This document shows, piece by piece, positions 33,301 to 44,515 of a stretch of 64,000 bases of DNA; within the stretch, counting starts at the first letter, position 1, and each line of letters opens with the position of its first letter. A program made the position numbers and the translations under genes. The stretch lies in NCBI GenBank assembly GCA_051362555.1, contig CM120647.1, positions 14,608,651-14,672,650 on the forward strand. The letters run 5' to 3'. The stretch is from Lingula anatina (lineage: Eukaryota; Animalia; Brachiopoda). The notes beneath the pieces were generated by a model. It did no database searches and was not told the DNA's origin. It was given only the letters and a program-made list of their open reading frames with translations.

Positions 33301-36300
33301 AGTTAAAAGTCCTTATATTGGTGCCACGATCTTGAACTTAAATTTAGCCAAAGCTAATTCCGTATGTTCTGTATTTCATCGAAATGTGCTATCTTTTTGG
33401 AGGGATTATCAGAGAGAAAACTTTTGATTTTTTCTACAAAAGTTGCGTCGCCTCTACTCTTTTTATCAGGGAGACTTTTTGTCTTTTTATGCCCCTCCTT
33501 TTCTATCTTTGGCCCTTGCTTCTCAAGACTGTTCATGTGCTCATACGGTACCCGGGGCAAGTCTGCAGTCGACATTTGAAAGAGTAAAGACTACTCGATA
33601 TTCAAACTGCCGAGGTGTGAACAGCTGTGGACGTCATCGTGCTCTACAACGTCAAAGGTGAAACCAAACGTTATCTCATCGCAAAACCAAATGAAAATAA
33701 GAGCATCCGAAGTCATCTAACTAGGAACGTACAGAGCAGGTCTTTCAATGAATACGATCCAACTTGATTTGATTCTGTAGCTTTTCCGGTATAACAGCAC
33801 GTCACACCACCTGTTAACCTTGTTCGGTAGAAAAACGATATCTCCTCGGCGGAACCATTTGCCAAATATATTTTAATCAAAATTTCCATCGCTGCAATCC
33901 CACCAGTAATTAAACACTTGAATGTATTTTTTATTCTCTCCTCTTTGGGTCTCGCTTAAAGTAAAACACGCCCGTTGTGAACCGCCTCTGATCCCATTGT
34001 ACTCTTTAATATGTTGGGTTAAGCCAAAATCAATCTTAGTATAAAACAAACTCCCAGCTCCGAGTCGGGTTGTCAAACACCAGTTCGTGTACATCATGAT
34101 CATTACCGTTCATGTCGGGGACTGGGGTTGCGTGGGCTGAAATGCAGCACCCGGATTACCGATGGGGACAGCAGGTCTACACATGTAAATCCAATCTGGC
34201 GCTCCCCGTGACGAGGTTGAAAGTTTTCATCTGACCATCTGCAGTCAACGAAGCTGTCGTGGCTGCGTGGTAACTCTGCTGTCTTGCATTCATGCAGGCA
34301 TTGGACGTTGGTTCGAGTCCCAGTAGCTACTGTGTCATTTCTTTTTGCCAGAATTACTTTTATAAAAATTGCGATTGATTACTGTAAGAGGGATCTCGAA
34401 CGTACGGAGGGTGGGCGGGTCTGTCACGGAGCAGTCGGTAGCGCGCATGGATGCAAATGAGACATCCAAAGCGTCATCAACCTTGGTAACGCAAAGTCAC
34501 GAGTTCGAGTCCCGGATGAGGCACGTCACGACAACGACATGGCCCCTGAATCGGGATGCCACGAGACGAGAACGAATGAGGGCTCTCGTGGGACTTAGCA
34601 AATTACCTTTTGCATAAAAATACGGTATACTTCAGAAAGTTTACACCTGCTTCGACAATTCTATTTCCTTTCTCTTCAGTTAAAAGTCCTTATATTGGTG
34701 CCACGATCTTGGACTTAAATTGAGCCAAAGCTAATTCCGTATGTTCTGTATTTCATCGAAATGTGCTATCTTTTTGGAGGGATTATCAGAGAGAAAACTT
34801 TTGATTTTTTCTACAAAAGTTGCGTCGCCTCTACTCTTTTTATTAGGCACACGTTTTGTCTTTTTATGCCCCTCCTTTTCTATCTTGGGCCCTTGCTTCT
34901 CAAGACTGTTCATGTGTTCATACGGTACCCCGGACAAGTCTGCAGTCGACATTTGAAAGAGTAAAGACTACTCGATATTTAAACTGCCGAGGTGTGAACA
35001 GTTGTGGACGTCATCGTGCTCTACAACGTCAAAGGTGAAACCAAACGTTATCTCAGCACAAAACCAAATGAAAATAAGAGCATCCGAAGTCATCGTACAG
35101 AGCAGGTCTTTCAATGAATACGATCCAACTTGTTTTGATTCTGTAGCTTTTCCGGTATTAAAGCACGTCATACCAGCTTTTAACCGTGTTCGGTAGAAAA
35201 ACGATATCTCCTCGGCGGAATCATTTGCCAAATATATTTTAATCAAAATTTCCATTGTACTCTTTATTATGTTGGGTTAAGCCAAAATCAATCTTAGTAT
35301 AAAACAAACTCCGAGCTCCGAGTCGGGTTGTCAAACACCAGTTCGTGTACATCATGATCATTACCGTTCATGTCGGGGACTGGGGTTGCGTGGGCTGAAA
35401 TGCAGCACCCGGATTACCGATGGGGACAGCAGGTCTACACATGTAAATCCAATCTGGCGCTCCCCGTGACGAGGTTGAAAGTTTTCATCTGACCATCTGC
35501 AGTCAACGAAGCTGTCGTGGCTGCGTGGTAACTCTGCTGTCTTGCATTCATGCAGGCACTCGGACGTTGGTTCGAGTCCCAGTAGCTACTGTGTCATTTC
35601 TTTTTGCCAGAATTACTTTTATAAAAATTGCGATTGATTACTATAAGAGGGATCTCGAACGTACTGAGGGTTGGCGGGTCTGTCACGGAGCAGTCGGTAG
35701 CGTGCACACGTTTTGTCTTTTTATGCCCCTCCTTTTCTATCTTGGGCCCTTGCTTCTCAAGACTGTTCATGTGTTCATACGGTACCCCGGGCAAGTCTGC
35801 AGTCGACATTTGAAAGAGTAAAGACTACTCGATATTTAAACTGCCGAGGTGTGAACAGCTGTGGACGTCATCGTGCTCTACAACGTCAAAGGTGAAACCA
35901 AACGTTATCTCAGCGCAAAACCAAATGAAAATAAAAGCATCCGAAGTCATCTCACTAGGAACGTTCCTGGCTGTTACAAGGCACGACACTGTGGATTGAG
36001 ATTTGCATTATTTTGCTATTATCACCAGTGCCTAATAGACCAGAGAATCCTGACCAGAAATATAACATTTTTTTACGCTCACGTTGAGTGCAGATCAGGT
36101 GAAATTTCTTTTTGTGTTCAATTACATTTTTGCAGTGTGGACAAAGAATTTTAGTTTTTCCAATGGTGTTTTAGGAGATGTATGTCTCCCCATTTCAATT
36201 TGTAAATTGTGGTTGCTGAGCCAGTGTTTTGATATCGCTAGTTTGTAGTGGGCTGGAAGATGTGTAGGCCTAATTGTGTTATGACGTCTTAACTTAATGC

Positions 36301-37542
36301 GGCAATCAACTTTTAATAGCTTTTAATATAATTTCCTATAAGAATTCCTGTAGGAACTCATAGGAAATTGGCCTTCTGTACAGGATGATATTTTTCACTT
36401 CCTTTTAGAATGTTCAAAATTTCAAAAATATGAAAATTAATAAACTGTAAAAAACTTAGTAGAGAAGAAAAAAGTGAACATATACATGTATTTATCAAGA
36501 GAAATGTACAAAAATAATGGTTGCCGAATTCATCATTCATCTGTATAAATTTAGAAATGAAAGAACTGATAACAAGGCACTTTTGTGCATCATTATCTTT
36601 TATTTTAATCTGTACAATTGGCGAATAAGTGAAAAAAAAAAACAGCAAGATTTTTTTTCAAAAGTCACGTCGCTGATATTGTTTTTCCCATATATACGTT
36701 TTGTTTTGTTTTTTATTCCCCAACCCCATATTGGGCCCTTGCTTCTCAAGACTGTTAATGTGGTGATACAGTACCCCGGGCAACAGTGTAAATAAAACGA
36801 AATGCTTTGTCTTGGTGATGTGCAGGAAAAACATATAACACAGCAAATGATTTGTCATAATTTGCAATAAATATAATTGAAATTGTGTTATTAATGCTGA
36901 TAAATAAGCAGATTTAGTCCAGTAAGTATAATGATCTTCTTTAGGAATGATTGTTTATGCTAATAGCCCGAAGGATGTCCAGAACAGCATTCTATTGGCC
37001 AATGAGTTCAACATCCGGGTCTCCATTGTGACATCAGGGCACGATTTCATTGGTAGAAATACAGCCAAGGGGAGCCTCCAAATCAACATGTCCCAAATGC
37101 AATATTTGAATGTCAACCTGGCGGACAACTCCAGTGATACAGGCATGTCAGCTACCACCGAGGTTGGGAACTTATGGGGCAAAATATATGCGGAGGTAGG
37201 TTTCATGTTTTGTAGAATTTTTTACGTATAGAGTTGTTACGTGTTCAATTAAGCTACTGTGCTGGTACAGTACTTTTATTTTGTGTTGGGTTTTAGACAT
37301 CTTTATTTTGACTGAAATGTACCACATCATGGACGTTTATCTTATACGTCATTGCTCTCATTATCTATCGTCAGTATTATTTTTTTTATTATACTGTGCT
37401 TATGTTGTTTTTATCATACTGTGCTTTTTTCTTCTCTACTAAGTTTTATACAGTTTATTAATTTTCATATTTTTGAAATTTTTGAACATTCTACAAGGAA
37501 GTGAAAAATATCATCTTGTACAGAAGGCCAATTTATATATAT

Positions 37543-37578
<36 letters not shown>

Positions 37579-39561
37579 TTTAACTAAAATATATATGTTC
37601 ATTGTAGTACAAGACAAAAACTGATTGCGTACAACGGAGGCATGTGTATTTATACGTTAGCTGGACGAGATAAATAAACGTGTAATTATCTATGAAATTT
37701 TAAAGGTTGCCGGCAAATACAACAAACTGATTGTAGGGGGCAGCTCAGAAACCGTCTCCCCGGCCGGTTACACGATGGGCGGGGGCCACAGTCCCCTGAG
37801 CAGAAAACTTGGCCTCGCCGTCGACAACGTGCTAGAGATAGACGCCGTCACTGCCAATGGGGACATCGTCCATCTCACCCCTTCGGGGACCACCTCAGTG
37901 AACGCCGATGGGGTCGTGTCTCTGACGGCGGATACAGACTTGTTTTGGGCTCTTCGTGGAGGAGGCGGCAGCACCTTCGCAGTGGTGACACGGTTCAAGT
38001 ATAAAGTCCATGAGCCGCCGAGTGATGGTTTTGTCCAGTTCTCGTAAGTGTGTCTGTCTGTGGGATTAATTAAATTATAAACTCATTAAATTACGTGGAT
38101 TATATTTGAAGCACATTGCAGAAAAACATTTTACAAAACGTTTGGAATTGAAAATGAAATAGTAGCAATTTTAATACCGTTTCTGTACAATTAGCGCTGT
38201 TAGTTTGTTTAATGTATTGTACCATAATCTGATTTTCTTATGACATTTTTTAATCCAATACTGCAGATCAATTACAAGTAGTCACTTTTAAGCCTTCTTA
38301 TTTATTTAAGCGTAACCAGTAACATTTGTAGGTATACGTATCAGTATTTGAATAACAAAATGCAGTTTGTTTCAAAACACTTATTTACGGGTCATTCTAC
38401 AAAAAATGTTTTAACCAAATTGCTGGACTAAGCCCATTGTACTCCATGACATATCTTTATGATTTTTTAAACCAAAAAAGGGAAAGCATAAATTTTTTTG
38501 ATCTAATAAAATATATAACGTTTCAGGTGCGCCATGTACTATGCTAACGAGACTCATGTTCATGCCTATGACATTTACAACGCACTTAACGACTTCCTTG
38601 TGACCCTTCCCCCGGAGTTTGGAGGCTACGTCATTGTAAGTTAATTCATTCTTCATTCATTCCTTCAGTTATTCATTCATTTTAGTTATTTTCACATGCG
38701 CATGTGGACTAATCCATCCATCTCTCCAATTATATTTTTAAGTGATTCATTAGGCAGATTTTGTATCTTTTAATCAATCAGTGTGCTTGTCTGCCTTTCT
38801 GTCTGTCTGTCTGTATGTTGCTCCACTTGCCTTGTCTGCCTCCATATCTGCCTGCCCGTTCTCTGTCCGTTTTTCAAGCTGAACAACTTGTTGTTCATAT
38901 CTTTGCCTTTACAGCAACCAACCTGTATTATCATTCACCATATATTACAAAAGAAATGATAAGTTTTAAATTGATATTTTAATTAAAAATGTCCACCCTA
39001 GTCCACGGCTCCGGCACAGGCCAATCCAACCTACAACACCTCTGCCTCCCCAGGTATGATCATGGTCGCCTTTGAAATCTGGGGCGGGCTGGAGAAGGCT
39101 AAGCCGTACCTCCAGAAGGTGATGGACTTCCACCCGGAGTGGCACATCAAGTGGCCGGGCACCTGTCAACCAAATGTGTACAAGAAATGGTGGGATTACA
39201 GGCAGAATATTCACGACCGCGGCGGCTTTGGGCGCACCTATTTATGGGACTCGCTATTGCAGGTGGACAGCTTCAATGATAACTTCACTCGGGTTATGAC
39301 CGAGGGGATGGGCACTGCGTACCTGAATAGGCTGGTGCCTACCTGTACTGGGACTTTAATTGGCGGTGAGTGTTCTAAGAAAAAAGATGGTTTGACCCAG
39401 GACTAGTCGTAAAAGAAATAGAAGTAAGTTTTTAAATAATATATGCAAAAGCAATATTTTCATTTTCGAGTTTCACTTTGAGTTTTTTTTTGTAGATGTT
39501 CTTTCATTTCAAAGCCCGCTGAATGAGTTCTTAGATATTAATATATTATAACCCATTATTT

Positions 39562-39592
<31 letters not shown>

Positions 39593-40303
39593 TAAGGCAA
39601 GGTGACGGAGTTTCCGGCCGACTCTTCCTCAGTTGGCCCTGGCCTAAGGAACGGCCTGATGGCTCTCTCCTGCGGTGTGTCCTGGCCCAACAGTCTCAGT
39701 TACCTTGACAACATCATCATATCACTGCTTCAGAAGTGGAATCAGGAGCTCGTAAAACTCGGCCAAGGCATGTAGTGGGTTGTATGTTATATGTTAGAGA
39801 TGATATGGTAAATTTGTGTGAACTATATAAAAACAGTGACTGGGTTCTCAATATTCCTGATACGACCAAAGAGATGTCTCCGTTTCCAAGTTTGATTTCA
39901 TAATTCAAGTTATGGGAGGTACTAGTATGAGTTGGATTGTATAGTGGGATTTAGAACCTGTCTGGATTGGGAGTGGGCCTGTGACCTATTCATTCATTTA
40001 TTTACGGTCCATGCACTCAACTACATTAGCATTTTTTAGATCCATCGCCTACATGTACAGTTGTAAACCTCCTTTCTTCTTTCTTCTTTTTTGATTTATT
40101 TTTCTCTATTTCATTCTCCCCTTCTTTTTCTTTCTTTTTCCGTTACTTCTTTCTTTCTTTTTTCTTTCTTTCTTTGTTCCTTCCTTCCTCTATTTAAATC
40201 CAAACATTTGGTCCCCTTCAGGTGTCTACTACAATGAACCGTCGTCCGTGCTGGCCAACTGGAAGGTGGATTACTGGGGAGACAAATATCCCAGGTATGG
40301 GCT

Positions 40304-40342
<39 letters not shown>

Positions 40343-41230
40343 TAAAATAAAAATAATAATAATAAAAAGCTGGTTGATAATAAGACGACTCCAAGACTTG
40401 TGGTTGTGTTAATTTTTAAAAAATAGGCCTAGATTAAATAATGAAATGAAATAAAAAAAGATATAAAAAAAAAGAAAAAAGTCATCTCGACTAATTGAAA
40501 ACTGAATGTAAGTCAATTTGAAATATTTGTTGGAAGGTAATGAAAACAGGGAAATATAACGATCTATCTATGACGACATGAACCTCAAGGGAGACTAGGG
40601 ATAGCTAGATTATAGAGGCTAGAGATACATGTAGGAGGAATAGGATGGTAGGGAAATGGATTGAAGCTTAAAGATACATACAAAGTCAATTTTTTGTCAT
40701 AAAAACCAAACAAATGCCAGCATATACTTTTAAGTAGTATAACTAAGAGAATTACCAAAAGGCATTGTTTAATTTTACCGGAAAGTGATGTTTGAACAGA
40801 TTTTTCTGCTAGCATTCTATGCTGTATGTCAATGGGGCAGAAAAGAAAGTAGGTTAAATTGACAACCAAAAATTTAAAGAGAGGAGCACTCTAAAGTTCT
40901 TTTATGGCTGATCGGGTGATTTATTCAGTTTATCCCTTGGCATGTCGAATTTATTAGAGTCGTATAAGAAACTAGTAGAAGTGGTTTACATGTGTTACTG
41001 GGAATCCACGCTCCACCGATGTTCGGTTCGTATGTACCTTTAAAGTTAGGCATTGTAAAATTATTCCCCGGACAGACAGAGCTTCAACCTTATTCAAGCC
41101 TGTCCATTTTGATCTTCATTTTAGACTCCTAGCCATCAAGAAGAAGTGGGATCCAAACAACCGGTTTACCTGCTTGCACTGCGTGGGCTCTGATGAAGCA
41201 GAGAAAGTTCCTGAGAGTATTATTGGCTAA
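30389..41230 (+). CDS. Secreted FAD-linked oxidoreductase, BBE/VAO-type (FAD_binding_4 + BBE domains), 9 coding exons
   Basis: Exons 30389-30506, 30798-30893, 36945-37195, 37706-38043, 38527-38635, 39002-39365, 39597-39767, 40222-40294, 41125-41230. Signal peptide MRAAIVLLVGLAFIGGCFA, then CMPEQNCWPS, covalent-FAD motif TSGHDFIGR, GYTMGGGHSPLSRKLGLAVDNV, DLFWALRGGGG, GVYYNEP and YWGDKYPRLLAIKKKWDPNNRF. One intron requires a GC donor. Confidence 0.88.
31600..31880 (+). ncRNA. Putative Pol III structured RNA type 1, diverged copy
   Basis: Same layout as 32689-32969: A-box-like TAGCTCCGTGG, B-box-like ATTCGAGTCC and a T7 terminator. Confidence 0.35.
31933..32140 (+). ncRNA. Putative Pol III tRNA-related RNA type 2, diverged copy
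   Basis: A box CGGCGCAATCGG, B box AGTTCAAATCC, terminal stem AAAGGTGG / TTACCTTT and a T4 end. Confidence 0.35.
32689..32969 (+). ncRNA. Putative Pol III structured RNA type 1 (~280 nt)
   Basis: TATAAAA ~27 bp upstream, a long 5' hairpin domain, a 3' domain with TGGCTACGTGG / GGTTCGAGTCC boxes, and a TTTCTTTTT terminator. Confidence 0.45.
33030..33234 (+). ncRNA. Putative Pol III tRNA-related RNA type 2 (~205 nt)
   Basis: TATAAGA 24 bp upstream, A box CGGAGCAGTCGG, B box GGTTCGAGTCC, 5'/3' terminal stem and TTTT end. Confidence 0.45.
34067..34346 (+). ncRNA. Putative Pol III structured RNA type 1, next unit
   Basis: Near-identical to 32689-32969. Confidence 0.45.
34407..34611 (+). ncRNA. 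Putative Pol III tRNA-related RNA type 2, next unit
   Basis: Near-identical to 33030-33234. Confidence 0.45.
35325..35605 (+). ncRNA. Putative Pol III structured RNA type 1, last unit
   Basis: Near-identical to 34067-34346. The following type 2 gene is deleted just after its A box (~35705). Confidence 0.45.
36365..37534. repeat. ~110-bp inverted repeat pair bracketing oxidase exon 36945-37195
   Basis: 36365-36474 (AAATTGGCCTTCTGTACA...GAGAAGAAAAAAG) is the reverse complement of 37424-37534, with about 4 differences. Confidence 0.88.
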
Positions 41231-41980
41231 AAGTTCCACCAATTAATTACGGCTGTATACGGAATCCCAAAACTGAGATTCGTTTTAAATCTACGTGAGC
41301 TGAAATAACGGTTGATTTCCGTGAGATTTTAATTAAAATGTTTTATGGTAAGATTGCATTTATCTAATGTATTGATTAACTGATAATCTATAAAATGCCC
41401 TTAGTTTCTTTTTAAGATACATGTACAGCACGATACGTTATTAAAAATATAAAAAGAATCATATTCACGTTAGTTCACTTTGTCATAAAGATACCAGGAA
41501 CAATCAATTTACGGACAGTGGAACATATGATAATAATACATAATAACTTTATTAAGGTAACAGTTTACTAGTACACGGGGGATGTTTGGCTAGAGATGGT
41601 CATAAATGCGTGTTGTGAAATCCGCAAAGAAAAGAGGCGACCCGAAAATGTACAAAGAATTCCTAATTCTTGGAGTCTTTTGCACTAATATGGCAAAATC
41701 ATACCGATAATGAAACAAATCAAGTGTTATTCATATAATTGGAAACTATATAATAAAAGGATTGTTTCAGTTTAAGTCTTGTCTTATAACATGTAGTTAG
41801 TTTACACCTTTTCCAACAAAAGTCTACAATAGTTTCTGCCAGTGACTAGTTGTAAATAGCGTTATGGTATTGAATGAAATAATGCGTTTTTCGTATTTTT
41901 TATTTCATTCAAAATACTAGTCCGTCCACATGGCTTACTGGTAGAAGTCAACGATTTCTGTTGAAGACAACCATGTCCGT

Positions 41981-42865
41981 TCATTTAACAACGTCCAGAC
42001 CCATCGCCTTCAGTTTTTGGCTATGGCTGTCCATTTCCGTATTAACATTATTTTTTCTCCAAACAACATAGGCAGGTAGACTGAACGTGAGGCAGGATAT
42101 ACCAATCATCACCAAACTGAACTGAAAAAGACGAGAAAAACGGATCAAATATAATGTTAAGAATGCAAGTCTATGAATATTTAAAGAAGTGGAAGAGTAC
42201 GCCCTTATCTATCAAATTTTGTAAGAACTGCATCGTGTAGTATACACATACGCGACCCCCCTCCCCCCAAAAAGCAAAAAAAAAAAAAAAAAAAAAAAAT
42301 TGGATGCCAGATGCCCTGAGATCACGTACGAATACTGTCTATCAGGGATCAGGTAAGTGATGACGTCACGCTGGACAAAAATGTGTGCAGTTTGTGTATG
42401 GCAGGGGAAATATTGGTAAAAAATGTCAGAAATTTCCCTCTGACCCTGGTAAAATGGTAGAGATACGGGGCCACTCCCGAGTCAACCTTAACTTATTAGT
42501 GAAGAGAAATGGCATGGTATTGATCAACAAGACGTAATTGTCAGATAACTATTTTAACTTCAAAACTGTATCCGTTTTTTATACAAAAAGGAATTTGTTT
42601 GAAAAGCTTCTTTGGATATATTTCATTTCTTGAATAAGAAATGTTTTATTTTGTGCATTATAACTACATGGATTCTGTTCAACGTAACGTATTTATTTTC
42701 TCTTATCATTATTTATATACTTACATAAAGAGGGTCACTTTCTAAATCGTTCTTCAACCAGTAAAACAATGGAAACTGGAGGCCACAGAACAGCGCCATT
42801 AGAGCACGCTGTACTGTGTATGCCTTGCCAAAATGCTTGATAGGGAATCTAAAACAAACAAACAA

Positions 42866-42906
<41 letters not shown>

Positions 42907-44428
42907 GAATATCCAATATATCTTTCTGATAATTAGGGTCTATCATTTTTGAGTTTTAAATGATCCCTCCAACTTTTAGTTGCAAATGTATAAATATTAT
43001 AAATATTATTATTAAAAAAGAATCCGCACGTAAAAATAGTGATTTGAATAATGTGCCTATACATTTTCGATGTATGCATGGATAAAAAAATAACCAATAT
43101 CGTGGGTGTAATAGTTTATCAGCACCGAAGACTGCAAAGAGAGGAGGGGCCAGTGTTTTTCTGATGAATCATTTATTCTTCCACATAAATTGGCAGTTTT
43201 TTTTTCTTCAAGTCCATCAGAAGTTTCCCACTTTTCTCCCAGTCACCTTCTTCATGTAGATCAGAATCATACTCTACTTGTATTGCTGGTCTTCAATACT
43301 TGCCTCCAGTATCATTTCCCAGTCTACATCCCTGTTAATTCATTGATAAATGAATACTGAAATATTTCTAGGTGACGTATCAAATAAGAATATAACAACT
43401 TACGCGTATGCGATGAACGCTGTGAAAACCCCAAAAGCAGACGACCTCAACACACAGTGGAGCATCATGGCGGCAAACTGGATCTCTAGGTTCGGGATGG
43501 CACACAGTATCCACACCAACAGTCCAGAGACGCTGGTGATTAAGAACGAAGGCACAAACGTCTTTGGGTCCGCTGAAAAGTGTGCAGTTCATTTTCATAT
43601 GTTTTTAATGGTAAGGTTTTGTTTTAATGGCCTCTTGTGTGAATATGGTAACGTAATAAGGCATTAAGGCTTTAGTCTTTTGTAAAGAGACTGAACGCGT
43701 TAGACCCCATTCCCACAGATTTTACATCGAACTATCCCCGTGGGGAGTCTCACTAGATTACTGTCAGCTTAGCCAGCTTAAATGTCTGGCCCGCCTACTA
43801 AAAGCTATAAGGGGGTAATTAACTATTAGTGCGCGCTTGGCTGACAGCTATTTAGCGTGAACCCCCAGGGAGTTAGGTCGATCTAATTGGATCGATCTAA
43901 ATCTCTGGGAATGCACTCTTACTCTACCTATGACGCTTAGTGTTTCAGCCTACAACAGAAATGCATTCATCATGCAGTACGTCTGACAGATTTCCGGACC
44001 GCATAGCGACCACTCGGTTATAAAATCAAGAACCTTTGGTGAAGGATTGATTCATCAAGCCTCACAGGTGAAAAAGCGCGTTTTAATCCCTTATGTAACG
44101 ATACACTATTTTTTACCATGCTGTGTCTACTAGTGACGTCATCCCCGCTTTTGGAAGACAGAACGGGGAACACAGCCGGTGTCTCTTTCCAACTGCTCTT
44201 AGGCTTATAGAAGCACGTTAAATGTAGGCAATATTGCAATGCAACCCAAATAGCACGCCCGCACTGAACATTGAAATAAAAAAGAAGAGAGAGGGCAAAA
44301 CACAGCAGGTCTTAAACGATTAAAGCGTTACAAGAAGTTTTCTTTCGATACTCCATTTGCGTGTGTGTGTGTGTGTGTGTGTGCCTGTGTGCTTGCGACC
44401 CTGTATGTTCCTGCGTGTGTGTGGAAAG

Positions 44429-44515
<87 letters not shown>

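Larger units (their letters stand above)
31080..35965 (+). repeat. Complex tandem array (about 4.5 units, period 1378 and 1258 bp for the youngest units) in an oxidase intron
   Basis: The anchor GTATAAAACAAACTCC recurs at 32661, 34039 and 35297. More diverged units lie at 31080-32530, and a spacer remnant at ~36640-36785. Confidence 0.93.

Noticed and set aside
32333-35895. Recurrent 60-98 aa ORFs in the tandem array
   Set aside because: They recur only because the DNA is repeated. They overlap in several frames on both strands, often start at non-ATG codons, and show no recognisable domain.
31080-35965. CRISPR array or prokaryotic defence system
   Set aside because: Units are over 1 kb with no unique spacers, there are no cas genes, and the context is a eukaryotic intron.
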